Made by a program: the position numbers and the translations under genes | Source: Candidatus Nanosyncoccaceae bacterium | GTDB taxonomy: Bacteria; Patescibacteriota; Saccharimonadia; Saccharimonadales; Saccharimonadaceae | Reading direction: 5' to 3' | DNA: 64,000 nucleotides | Assembly: GCA_045590975.1 (NCBI GenBank) | Contig: JAZNRZ010000001.1 | Location: forward strand, 10,900-74,899 | In this document: piece after piece, positions 54,340 through 62,978 of the stretch | Numbering within the stretch: the first letter of the stretch is position 1 | How the letters are laid out: each line of letters starts with the position of its first letter | Notes under the pieces: generated by a model | Told to the model about the DNA's origin: nothing | Database searches by the model: none | Seen by the model: the letters and a program-made list of their open reading frames with translations, nothing else

Positions 54340-55530
54340 ATGTATGAAATACCCGCAATCGAGAAGTTTTCCGATCCCTTTGTTTTCGCACAGATTACGG
54401 ATAACCCCATAGCAAAGAAGAGTGTCATTTTTAGACATTTCCACGCTATTGTTATCTGCGATTATCTTATGCATCCCAATCGGTCAAATATCGAAAACTA
54501 TTACCGCAGTATGTCTACGCTTCTGAAACAGCCAGAGAATACAAGGCTTGTCCTGTATCTCCCGCTCGAAGAACTGCAAGACGCACCAGATTATTTTCAG
54601 GCTAGCTACATGGCCGCCTGGAGAAAATGCCTGCGATTCGAAGACGTACGCGAAAATTTCAACCTTGGCGATAGCCTAGAAATATCCGCAAGAGACGAAA
54701 ATTTCCCCTACGTCACAAAAGCCGCCCACCTCATACCCTGGCTCCTGAAATACGGCTATCTTGGCGAGGCTTACGTTCTGGAGCTCCTAGAGCAAGGAAG
54801 CGATTGCCTTGTTCGAAGCATCTGCGACTGCGAAAAGATGTTCTATAGCATCTTTTTCCAGACTAGCCCAGAATTTCAGCTCCGCATCTCAAAGCGCGCT
54901 CGCAGTCTACCAAAGAGAGAAAGCAAACCACTCTATAATAGCCCCGAGCGACAGAGTTGGCTCGAAAAGCTCGCAGAAGAGCGGTGGGGTAAGCTCAAGC
55001 CTCGTAATATCACTGGACCTTTCTCGGATAACTATCACGTCTGGGATATAATACCGCCAACGGGCGACAAAATTATCCTTCTTGGAGGCTCCTACCTCAA
55101 AGGATACAGCGCCACGGTTAGCGATATCGACTCGTACGAATATGACGCAGACAAAATGCGAATAGAAAACTATTGCGACGAGCTAAGCGACCATTTGAAT
55201 ATTCCTGATCAAAATATCGCTCACATCTGTCTTAATACTGTCTGGATAAGTGAAAGAAATGATCTAAAGGAAATACAGAATGATTGCATTCGCCGCTATC
55301 TCGAACTAGCACCAAATTCTGTCGAGCGGAATCAGAGCCTCGAAAGATTAGAGCAAGACCTGCTCCAATATCGCCTCATGCACAAGGGCATCAAACGTAT
55401 CTACGAAAATGTTTCCGAAGCTACGAAACATTTTATGGGCATTGACGGCGCTAGCGCATTTTACGACCGACGCTATCGACGAATCGCCACCCAGCTTTTC
55501 GTAAAATACGTCTTCTTGCCTCAGCTTTAA
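54340..55530 (+). CDS. hypothetical protein with a minimal nucleotidyltransferase (Pol-beta fold) signature in the C-terminal half
   Basis: AAGGAGG lies 8 nt before the ATG. LLGGSYLKGYSATVSDIDSY fits G[GS]-x10-DxD. Confidence 0.6.
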   Translation: MYEIPAIEKFSDPFVFAQITDNPIAKKSVIFRHFHAIVICDYLMHPNRSNIENYYRSMSTLLKQPENTRLVLYLPLEELQDAPDYFQASYMAAWRKCLRFEDVRENFNLGDSLEISARDENFPYVTKAAHLIPWLLKYGYLGEAYVLELLEQGSDCLVRSICDCEKMFYSIFFQTSPEFQLRISKRARSLPKRESKPLYNSPERQSWLEKLAEERWGKLKPRNITGPFSDNYHVWDIIPPTGDKIILLGGSYLKGYSATVSDIDSYEYDADKMRIENYCDELSDHLNIPDQNIAHICLNTVWISERNDLKEIQNDCIRRYLELAPNSVERNQSLERLEQDLLQYRLMHKGIKRIYENVSEATKHFMGIDGASAFYDRRYRRIATQLFVKYVFLPQL

Positions 55531-55531
55531 T

Positions 55532-55585
55532 TGTAAAAGTTAACTAGGTTAACTAGGTTAACTTTATCAACTTTTACAGTTTTTA
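55532..55585 (+). terminator. hairpin terminator containing three tandem GTTAACTAG/GTTAACTTT units
   Basis: TGTAAAAGTT...AACTTTTACA + GTTTTT. The loop holds GTTAACTAGGTTAACTAGGTTAACTTT. Confidence 0.6.
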
Positions 55586-55597
55586 AGAAAAAGCACA

Positions 55598-55632
55598 AAA
55601 ATAGGGCGCCCCAAATCGGGACGCCCATTTTT
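55598..55632 (-). terminator. intrinsic terminator of the 4-gene operon
   Basis: Minus strand: GGGCGUCCC-GAUUU-GGGGCGCCC + U-run. Confidence 0.8.
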
Positions 55633-55650
55633 TATTCAGAGATGATTAGA

Positions 55651-56823
55651 TTAGAGAACCTCTTTGCCACCCAGACCACGAATACCACTCGGCGCATAGC
55701 CAAGCACGCTCCAGTCGATAGCACGGCTGAGCTGCCAGAGGGCAGTCAGATAACGAGGCTCCTCGCCAGGCGAAAGCTCGGAGAACTTTGTTGCCGACAG
55801 CACAAAACGCGTCAGCATCTTCTCCTGATGCACGAAGCTCGAAGAAATGTTCAGATTCAGAGCTTTCAGCATCTGATCACGATTAGCGTAGCCAGTCATT
55901 GCCGGAAGCTGCGGATTCTCAAGAGCCTTCTTGATCTCCATGGCATCATAAGCCAGAGCCGAAGCCGTTACGCCACCAAGTCCACCGAAGACGGAATTGA
56001 TTGCGTCATTCAGTGTTTCAGTTGCGCTCTGTACTCCAGTAAACGGCGGCGCCTGCGGAACCATGCCCATACCGCCACCAGCCAGCAGAGAAGCCCAAGC
56101 CATCGGATTATTTGCCGAAGAGCAGTAAGTCTCGTTCCAAGCATTAACTTCGTTGCTTACCGTATAGACTGCCGGCAGCAACTTGTCGTTAACCTTTTTC
56201 AGGAACTTCTTGCGCTCGGAATCCGTCACAAAACTACCATCCAGCCCTTCAATTGCGGAAAACAGGTCCGCATAAGAACGACGAGTCAGCAGCTTGCGCA
56301 GCTTGAAGAATTCAGGGCCAACCGGTTCGTCAGCATTCTCTGCATAGCTTCTCATAGCCTCTTCGAGACGCTTGGGAGCATCATAGAGACCACAGCGCTC
56401 AGCATATACCGCACGAACGACTGCAATATAGCTATCCTGATTTACCTTCAGAACACCGCCAGCCTTGAGAGCCGTCAGCCAACTTTCATCACTCGGCAGT
56501 TCCGGCAAAATTGCCAGATCAGGAGCGATTACAGTCGGCGTAGCCGTAGGCGCAGGCTCAGCCTTTTTGGTCTTTTCTGCAAGATAAGCCAGAAGCTTTC
56601 TTGCCTGGATAGTCTTCATGCCGCAAGAAACCAAATCTTCCTCGCTAACATAAGCCAAATCCTCCATGTTTTCGACGCCCTTCATATCAAGTCCGATAAA
56701 CACGTCATTTGAGGCGCCAAAACCTTCGAGGAAACCTCTGAGTTCGAGCTTAGCATCATCCATTACCGGAGTAGCCTCACCCTCTTTTTTGACAGCTGCC
56801 TTTGCTTCATCAATAATTGCCAT
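55651..56823 (-). CDS. hypothetical protein (390 aa), last gene of the operon
   Basis: The ATG overlaps the upstream stop (TAATG). N-terminal SAM/HhH-like segment MEDLAYVSEEDLVSCGMKTIQARKLLAYL, then a Pro/Thr/Ala linker and a helical C-domain. Confidence 0.75.
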   Translation of the reverse strand: MAIIDEAKAAVKKEGEATPVMDDAKLELRGFLEGFGASNDVFIGLDMKGVENMEDLAYVSEEDLVSCGMKTIQARKLLAYLAEKTKKAEPAPTATPTVIAPDLAILPELPSDESWLTALKAGGVLKVNQDSYIAVVRAVYAERCGLYDAPKRLEEAMRSYAENADEPVGPEFFKLRKLLTRRSYADLFSAIEGLDGSFVTDSERKKFLKKVNDKLLPAVYTVSNEVNAWNETYCSSANNPMAWASLLAGGGMGMVPQAPPFTGVQSATETLNDAINSVFGGLGGVTASALAYDAMEIKKALENPQLPAMTGYANRDQMLKALNLNISSSFVHQEKMLTRFVLSATKFSELSPGEEPRYLTALWQLSRAIDWSVLGYAPSGIRGLGGKEVL

Positions 56824-58181
56824 TACTTTTTCCTCCTTGGAATATAGTATTTGTCACGCTCGCTGCTGCCGAAGCTAAGCATGCAGAGCGGAACATCCAG
56901 GTAATTCGACAGTATATCCGCACACCGCAAAGCGATGGCCTTTTTACTGTCGGCGTATTCTTCATCAAAAGAATATGCATCGGTTACAATTCCAACCCTA
57001 TCAATCTTATTAAACAGATTGTAATTGCCCAAATCTTTCAAATCCGAATACTCTTCGTCATCAAGTTTGTAGGCTTTACAAATCGGCCAGTTTCCGTGAT
57101 CCAGAACCTGGTCCATGCAAGTCAACGCAATTCCGTCAAATTTTACCGGCCTTGAAACATCAAGAGCATAACGCATCAGTACCGTATCTATATAGCCATA
57201 GCGCGACGCACCCTGCCAACGATTGTTGTCTCTAGGCAAATCGCTCATATAGTTACTATCGGCGCTAGGCATAGGCCCAGCGCCATGACGATACTCATAG
57301 GCACGATGAACACCGATGTTTATAATCTCGCCTTCAAAGCCAGAAGCACGGAACATCTCCTCCGAAAAACAGGGAAGAGTTCTCAGGGCACTAACATGCG
57401 GCTTGAGACCGTACTCAGCATCCGTCAAAACTCCGTGCGAACGTTCAACGACGGCTATTTTGCCACGTTTACGCTTCATCAGAGTTTTAAGCGGTTCGAG
57501 ATCCAGTTTCTTGCCAACCTCGCGAAATTCATCGACAATCTCGTTATAGACATTGCTATCATCGATTGCTCGACAAATGTTCGTAAAGTGTATCTGATCA
57601 TTTTCGTCTAAATCATTGATGTCTACTCTTCTTGCTACTTCACGAGCACGCTCGCGCGCAGCATTAATCTTCTTGAGCAAATCCGCATCGAGCAAATCTC
57701 TCGCAAAAATCAAACGATTCATCGAAGCCAAGCTTTCCTGCAGGGAAGTAGCGTACTCCCTATAGGCTACACCTACTCCACTCCCAACGGTGCCACGCGG
57801 GTTTTGGCCGCGTGACATCTCGTTAATCTGCGAAATATACATGTGATAAGGAGTACTGCAAAGACATTCCGGACTAGCCGAAATCGTCTTAAAAGCATCG
57901 TAAATGCCGTAACGCCTGAGCGCTTCAGCTTCACGAAGCAGCATCGATGGAGCGATAACCATTCGCTTGGACAGATAGGTCTGAACCGCATTAAAAGTTC
58001 CACAACCCCACTGCGAAAAGCTGAAAGTTTCACCGCAAGCATCAATGCCATGCGAGCCCTGCGCTCCGCCTTCTTTAATAACCACTGCGGGATGAAAACG
58101 AGCACAGAGCGACTGAATAACAGAGCCTTTGCCTCCATCTCCTGGTCCCAGATCGGTAACCGTATATATCTTTTCTATCAT
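56823..58181 (-). CDS. highly divergent adenylosuccinate synthetase (PurA/PurZ superfamily)-like protein
   Basis: AAGGAGG lies 5 nt before ATG 58181. Motif comparisons: GDGGKGS (cf. GDEGKGK), VVIKEGGAQGSHG (cf. YQGGHNAGHT), RGTVGSGVGVAY (cf. TTGRGIGPAY), AYEYRHGAGPMPS (cf. AYTTRVGxGPFPTE), RWQGASRYGYIDTVLMRYA (cf. RRxGWxDxVxxR). Confidence 0.75.
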   Translation of the reverse strand: MIEKIYTVTDLGPGDGGKGSVIQSLCARFHPAVVIKEGGAQGSHGIDACGETFSFSQWGCGTFNAVQTYLSKRMVIAPSMLLREAEALRRYGIYDAFKTISASPECLCSTPYHMYISQINEMSRGQNPRGTVGSGVGVAYREYATSLQESLASMNRLIFARDLLDADLLKKINAARERAREVARRVDINDLDENDQIHFTNICRAIDDSNVYNEIVDEFREVGKKLDLEPLKTLMKRKRGKIAVVERSHGVLTDAEYGLKPHVSALRTLPCFSEEMFRASGFEGEIINIGVHRAYEYRHGAGPMPSADSNYMSDLPRDNNRWQGASRYGYIDTVLMRYALDVSRPVKFDGIALTCMDQVLDHGNWPICKAYKLDDEEYSDLKDLGNYNLFNKIDRVGIVTDAYSFDEEYADSKKAIALRCADILSNYLDVPLCMLSFGSSERDKYYIPRRKK

Positions 58182-58191
58182 CGAGACCTCC

Positions 58192-59289
58192 TTAGAGCCA
58201 TGCCGAGCTTTCACTCTCAGGCTCTGCACCAGCGTCATCCTCACGCTTAATAGCGGGAACAAGATCCGTCTTGTTTTCAAAGATATCTCCAGTCTTAGGA
58301 ATATAAACCTTATTCTGCTGCTCAAGCTCACGCTGAGCACCAAAGGGAAGAGCAAGCAGTGCATGGATAGCGTGCTCGATATCGAACGATGGCACCCCTT
58401 TACTCTTCAGGTATTTCTCTACCTCTTCGGGCTCAAGAATACCTTCGGTTATGCCAATGATTGCCGATTCAAATTCCGGCAGGTAATCTGTCGAGAGCAG
58501 AGGAATAATTCTACCCTCGAAATAACGCTGGTAAAACTTCTCTGCATCAATAGACAAGATAAAAGCATGTTTGTTCTTCTTTAAATCCTCTATCGTTTCC
58601 CTCAAATCAGGACGACTCAGCGGATTAAAGTCATAGCCGTTATCCTTCAGAGCTTCCCAAACTTTCTTGCCAAAGATTCTCTCCAGGACATCGCTCAAAA
58701 GGTTACCATGCATCGGAGCATCGGTGCACAAGAAGTAATAGCCCTTGAGTCCAATCTTATTCGTATAGGCCGAGGTAAGATAAGCCGAGGCAAACATCGA
58801 ATACTGCGGATCTTCAGGCACGTCTCCACCATTACGTTCAGGATTCATCTCAGAGAGATAGCCAACAATCTTGTCAGCCTCCATCTCGAACTGAGGGCGA
58901 TTCAGTACAAATTTATCGCATACATCACCAAAGAATCCCAAAGCCAGCTGAGGATCATATCCTGGCAGCATGGCAGAGCAAAGCTCGTAGGTCCTGGGTA
59001 ACGCAGACATCGCACGATCGACATTGTCCCCCATTGATCCAGTAGAATCTATCGAGGTTTCAATATCCATCGGGCAGCCAACAGTTACTTCCCACTTGCC
59101 ATCTTCGGTCGGGTCAAGGCGCAGCATCGAACGACGCAGCGTATCAACCGACGGATCTACAGACGGCGGAAGCTTTCCGGTTTCTCTTACGTGCTGCTCT
59201 CCCTTACGGGTAACATCTTTGTCGGAGGTAACCCCTCTCGACTTACGAGATGTATCATACGCAGCCTTGGAAAATACCAATCTTCCCAC
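58192..59289 (-). CDS. von Willebrand factor A (vWA) domain protein
   Basis: GTG start immediately after an in-frame TAA. MIDAS-like IDSTGSMGD, NGGDVPED, FLCTDAPMHG. The stop lies inside the SD of the next gene. Confidence 0.7.
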   Translation of the reverse strand: MGRLVFSKAAYDTSRKSRGVTSDKDVTRKGEQHVRETGKLPPSVDPSVDTLRRSMLRLDPTEDGKWEVTVGCPMDIETSIDSTGSMGDNVDRAMSALPRTYELCSAMLPGYDPQLALGFFGDVCDKFVLNRPQFEMEADKIVGYLSEMNPERNGGDVPEDPQYSMFASAYLTSAYTNKIGLKGYYFLCTDAPMHGNLLSDVLERIFGKKVWEALKDNGYDFNPLSRPDLRETIEDLKKNKHAFILSIDAEKFYQRYFEGRIIPLLSTDYLPEFESAIIGITEGILEPEEVEKYLKSKGVPSFDIEHAIHALLALPFGAQRELEQQNKVYIPKTGDIFENKTDLVPAIKREDDAGAEPESESSAWL

Positions 59290-59308
59290 TTAACATCACT
59301 ATCCTTTC

Positions 59309-60175
59309 TTAAACAAAGTTGTCGACGTTTTTCCAAACGCCATTTTTATTGAAGGTGAACGGATGATATCCTTTCCCCCACAAAGCATCAAGAAATTCAT
59401 AGTAGGCCACGTGAGCTTCCAGACCATTGTTAAAATAGCCTGTAAACCGCTTCAGCCAACTCATGAATTCGTCTTCGCCCTCAGTGTCATTCTTCTCAAC
59501 CCAAGAAAGGGTCGTATCGAACATACGGTCAATATTGAGTTTAGAGATCAAATCACAGTGCGAATAGGAACGGTCGCCGCCATGCAGGAGTTCATCAAAC
59601 CAACCTACATATACGACGCGGTGCTGTTTTGGCGCAATCAGAACCATGTCAGGGTTAAAATCCAAGCTACGACAGTTTTCACTCTCGTCAAGGAAGGCCT
59701 GGAGCTTCAAGAAGCGTCCAAGCACCCATGCGGCACTTTTTGCATCGACTTTCGTGTCATTCTTCAGCCTCAAAAACGGAACAAACTTGTCCCACGAAGC
59801 ATCCAAAACCGAAAAAGTGTTTATACGTCTATTGTCTGTAGCGTCACAAGAAAAACTTTGCTCACAAACAGGGAAGAGCCAGTCGTAGTGAATCTTACGA
59901 CCGTCATCACCCTGCTTCGAAATACGCTCCTGTTCGAGATTCCGAGACAATTCGCTCAGCTCGTCCAAAAGCTTCTTTTCGGCATACATGATGCCATTCT
60001 GGGCCTTACTTTTCACGACTCGGCAAAGCAATGCATCGGCAGAGTTTTCGCCTCTTCCAAGATACAGCTTGTAGTTATCTGTTTCTGCCAGTAAATTTCT
60101 CGGCGTGATACAGATGCCTTCGTTGCCATTAGGATCATTAATAACCAAATAAATCATCTCCTTTTCAAAATACAA
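59309..60175 (-). CDS. hypothetical protein with weak protein-kinase-like pattern, first gene of the operon
   Basis: YKLYLG...LLCRVVK, DFNPDMVLI and VVYVGWFDE fall at the positions of kinase beta3-Lys, catalytic loop and DFG. The start is uncertain: TTG 60175, or ATG/TTG just downstream of AAGGAG. Confidence 0.6.
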   Translation of the reverse strand: MYFEKEMIYLVINDPNGNEGICITPRNLLAETDNYKLYLGRGENSADALLCRVVKSKAQNGIMYAEKKLLDELSELSRNLEQERISKQGDDGRKIHYDWLFPVCEQSFSCDATDNRRINTFSVLDASWDKFVPFLRLKNDTKVDAKSAAWVLGRFLKLQAFLDESENCRSLDFNPDMVLIAPKQHRVVYVGWFDELLHGGDRSYSHCDLISKLNIDRMFDTTLSWVEKNDTEGEDEFMSWLKRFTGYFNNGLEAHVAYYEFLDALWGKGYHPFTFNKNGVWKNVDNFV

Positions 60176-60285
60176 AAAACGAGACCAAGCTCGCCTTTAT
60201 GAGTCATATCATAAACTATTTTACAGAGAAGGGCAAGGATAAGCGCTTATCACTTAGCACTTGCACTCACCTTGATAGACCATAG

Positions 60286-60320
60286 ACCGAACATGAACCG
60301 AACAGAGAAGTGGTACTTCC
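60286..60320. repeat. direct repeat, left copy
   Basis: ACCGAACA-TGA-ACCGAACA-GAGAAGTGGTACTTCC. Partner at 61102..61147. Confidence 0.7.
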
Positions 60321-60350
60321 CCGATCCCAATCTGTTTTTATATACCCCCT

Positions 60351-60402
60351 ACCCCTGTTTTTCAATATTTTACCCCTGTTCTACCTCTGTTACGACCCCT
60401 GT
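60351..60402. repeat. four phased iteron-like ACC(C/T)CTGT repeats
   Basis: Copies start at 60351, 60372, 60383 and 60395, giving spacings of 21, 11 and 12 bp. Confidence 0.7.
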
Positions 60403-60710
60403 AGGCACCAGAATAGCTCCAGAAGCGCAAATCCTTCAAAGCCGCAGAATCGCGCGTGTGATGATAATTAGCATAAGTAGTATAAATACTCGAAATGAAA
60501 TAGAAAATCGCACACACGCGAAAATAGGGCGGAAATACAAACAAATACCAGCCAGGGTCCAAAAAGCTGGTTGAAATAGACGCATGGACAATCGTCTTTT
60601 GTCTATATTTTTAATGTCGCACAATGTATATTTTACGACATAGGGCTATTATGCATCTCGACGTAAAGCCAATCGTCTATGTCGGAAGAATATATCTGTT
60701 AAACGGACTA

Positions 60711-60795
60711 CATATATACATATACTCACCTTTCTACATCTATAAATATATAAACGTATATCTAATCAACAATAATATACCTATACTGATCCTAA
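60711..60795. other. AT-rich, TATA-repeat tract
   Basis: CATATATACATATACTCACCTTTCTACATCTATAAATATATAAACGTATATCTAATCAACAATAATATACCTATAC. Confidence 0.6.
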
Positions 60796-61101
60796 TGAGC
60801 TGCAATATCACCTTAGAAGCAATCGAAAACGGCTACCCCTACCGCAAAAAGCGCTGGGGGAAGTCCTAGAACTTGACTTTTGTTTCGCCAAAATACGCGC
60901 GCCACCCCTGTAAAATCACATATTATAACATAATGTAAACCCTACAACACGCTCAATTTCCGTGAAATTTGCCCATTTTTGGCCATTTTTCAATTTTTCA
61001 CGCTCCTCTACCCGACCCCTTGTCCGAGACGATTTTTGCCTATTTTGCACCGCACCCATCGCAAACCTTCCCTAAAAGCGTACGGAATCGTCTCAAAACG
61101 A

Positions 61102-61147
61102 ACCGAACAAAAACCGAACACGAGAGTAGTAAAAGAAGTGGTCTTCC
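61102..61147. repeat. direct repeat, right copy (overlaps the terminator of the 61168 gene)
   Basis: ACCGAACA-AAA-ACCGAACA-CGAGAGTAGTAAAA-GAAGTGGTCTTCC. Confidence 0.7.
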
Positions 61148-61167
61148 AACCACTCCTTAAACCCTGC

Positions 61168-61830
61168 CTATTTGTAATATGCCTTACCCTCTACGCGCAG
61201 ATCGACATATTCTGGCGTTATCTCATTCTCGTCGAGGTATTTTACCATGCGCTCCATGTCCTCGGCTTGGACTGCACTACCCCGGTCGATAGACATTTTA
61301 TAGAACTCTGTCCTGCCGGATAGATAAATCCTTAATTCCCTGGCCATATTAGCTGGCAAGATAACTCTATCTATCTTTAGTGAAGTATTAATCACATCGC
61401 TTTCGAGATTAGCCACGAAATCTTTCACGCGAGAGCTAACGTTATTACCGGCATTCTCGTCAATAATCGGAACCGTTGGCTCTAGTTTTACAGCCTGAGC
61501 CGCTAAGCGCTCAGCTTCGCGTTTAGCTTGCTGTTTTACAACAATATCCATCACGATAACCAGCACAACTAGGACAGCAAGCGCAAAGAAGCTAATTACA
61601 GTCGCACGTTTAGCAATACGCCTTTTGCGATCACTCTGACGTTGCAATCTAGCTTCACGCGCTTTCTTAGCGTCGCCGGCCATTGTGCTACCAACGCGGA
61701 AAGTTGTATATGGGCGGCTAGTTTGCTGCGAAGGATTATTCCTAGTTTTTCGCGCAGCCAAACGAGCAGCCGAGCTTTTGTCGCGACCTTTTTCTTGCTT
61801 ATCTCGTTTGTAGCCACCCATTATTTTCAT
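61168..61830 (-). CDS. bitopic membrane protein with basic N-terminus (FtsQ/DivIB-like topology; weak)
   Basis: Arg/Lys-rich cytoplasmic N-terminus, one TM helix (VISFFALAVLVVLVIVMDIVV), ~110-aa extracytoplasmic domain. Confidence 0.6.
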   Translation of the reverse strand: MKIMGGYKRDKQEKGRDKSSAARLAARKTRNNPSQQTSRPYTTFRVGSTMAGDAKKAREARLQRQSDRKRRIAKRATVISFFALAVLVVLVIVMDIVVKQQAKREAERLAAQAVKLEPTVPIIDENAGNNVSSRVKDFVANLESDVINTSLKIDRVILPANMARELRIYLSGRTEFYKMSIDRGSAVQAEDMERMVKYLDENEITPEYVDLRVEGKAYYK

Positions 61831-61847
61831 CGTAAAATCCTAATAGT

Positions 61848-62924
61848 TTAAGCGTTTCTTAGAACCTCAAGTCCAGGCAACTTCTTGCCAGACAAAAGCT
61901 CTAGGCTAGCACCACCGCCAGTCGAAATCAAAGAATACTTGAGCTCTGGATTTTCTTTAATCAAGCCTTCAACGAAGCCAGCCGTATCGCCGCCACCAAC
62001 AATCGTCGTACCATTCTTATTAGTGCCCATGGCAACAGCTACGACGTTTGAGCCCTTAGCAAAGCGCTCATCTTCGACATAACCCATCGTACCATTCCAG
62101 ACGACCGTCTTTGCGGTATGAATATCCTGAAGCATCTTCATGCAGCTTTCGCCACCAATATCCATCTTGTTACCGTTTTCGTCTTCTTCGAAATCTTCGG
62201 CAACATAGATCTTTGGATCTGTAGCCTTATAACCATCAGCAGCGATCTTACCACCAACAAAAATCTTATCTGCGATCGGCAAGAACTGCTCAATCATCGG
62301 AGCCTTATCCTCAACCTTAGCACCACCAATCACGACAACAAGTGGATGCTCTGGATTTGTAATTACACCTTCTAGCTCGGTAACTTCTTTTTCTACCAAA
62401 AAGCCTGCGACAGCTGGAACAATACGCGCAATCGCATCGGTCGAAGCATGCGCACGATGAATCACTGCAAAACCATCCTGAACAAATAGCTCTGCGTCAG
62501 TAGCATCAAGAATCGCCTGCGCAAACTCAGCCGAGTTTTCTTCCTCAGCTGGCGAGAAACGCAAATTCTCAAGCAAAATTACGCCGCCACTTGGCAAGTT
62601 AGAAACAGCCGTCTTAACAGTTTCGCCAGTCGTTTCACCACAAAATTCTACCGTCTTTCCCGGCATTAATTCGCCAAGGCGAGCCGCAATCGGGGCAAGA
62701 GTAAACTCAAGATTCTTTTCGCCCTTTGGACGACCCATATGAGAAATAAGAACTACCTTCTCAGCGCCCTGCTCTAGCAAATAATTTATAGTTGGGAGAC
62801 TTGCCCTAATGCGCATATCCTCCACAATCGCGCCGTCTTTCATTGGCACGTTATAATCTACGCGTACTAGTACAATTTTCCCTGTTATTTCGACATCGCG
62901 AACTGTCTTTTTCCTAAAACCCAT
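61848..62924 (-). CDS. pgk: phosphoglycerate kinase
   Basis: GKIVLVRVDYNVPM and the C-terminal GGGDT...STGGGASLE. Start placed at ATG 62924. Confidence 0.93.
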   Translation of the reverse strand: MGFRKKTVRDVEITGKIVLVRVDYNVPMKDGAIVEDMRIRASLPTINYLLEQGAEKVVLISHMGRPKGEKNLEFTLAPIAARLGELMPGKTVEFCGETTGETVKTAVSNLPSGGVILLENLRFSPAEEENSAEFAQAILDATDAELFVQDGFAVIHRAHASTDAIARIVPAVAGFLVEKEVTELEGVITNPEHPLVVVIGGAKVEDKAPMIEQFLPIADKIFVGGKIAADGYKATDPKIYVAEDFEEDENGNKMDIGGESCMKMLQDIHTAKTVVWNGTMGYVEDERFAKGSNVVAVAMGTNKNGTTIVGGGDTAGFVEGLIKENPELKYSLISTGGGASLELLSGKKLPGLEVLRNA

Positions 62925-62978
62925 CACTTTTCTCCAAAGAAGGGGCACTACCTCCAGTACCCCTTCAAATTGATTTTA

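Noticed and set aside
55541-55567. CRISPR-like or other array from GTTAACTAG tandem units.
   Set aside because: There are only three 9-bp units with no spacers, and they sit in the loop of a terminator hairpin.
55642-56712. 356-aa plus-strand ORF opposite 55651..56823.
   Set aside because: It has a Ser/Arg/Cys/His-rich shadow-frame composition and no SD. The minus-strand frame is coupled to the upstream gene by TAATG and is followed by a terminator.
56823-58181. Phage-type PurZ marking a 2-aminoadenine (Z-genome) cluster.
   Set aside because: No datZ, mazZ or dpoZ-like genes or other phage genes are adjacent, and substrate specificity cannot be read from the motifs. Left as a generic PurA-superfamily call.
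58182-58364. N-terminal 61-aa extension of the PurA-like ORF (track start 58364).
   Set aside because: The extension overlaps the vWA gene. An AAGGAGG SD precedes ATG 58181, and the PurA-type P-loop begins right after that Met.
60286-61147. Chromosomal oriC.
   Set aside because: No TTATCCACA-type DnaA boxes and no dnaA/dnaN nearby. The repeats have a different core (ACCCCTGT). This is kept only as a possible element origin or regulatory region.
60272-61323. Track ORFs 60272..60574, 60362..60562, 60436..60624, 60624..60869, 60969..61160 and 60979..61323.
   Set aside because: Their translations are low-complexity, they mutually overlap, they lack SD or leaderless signals, and they lie across iterons, palindromes and the AT-rich tract.
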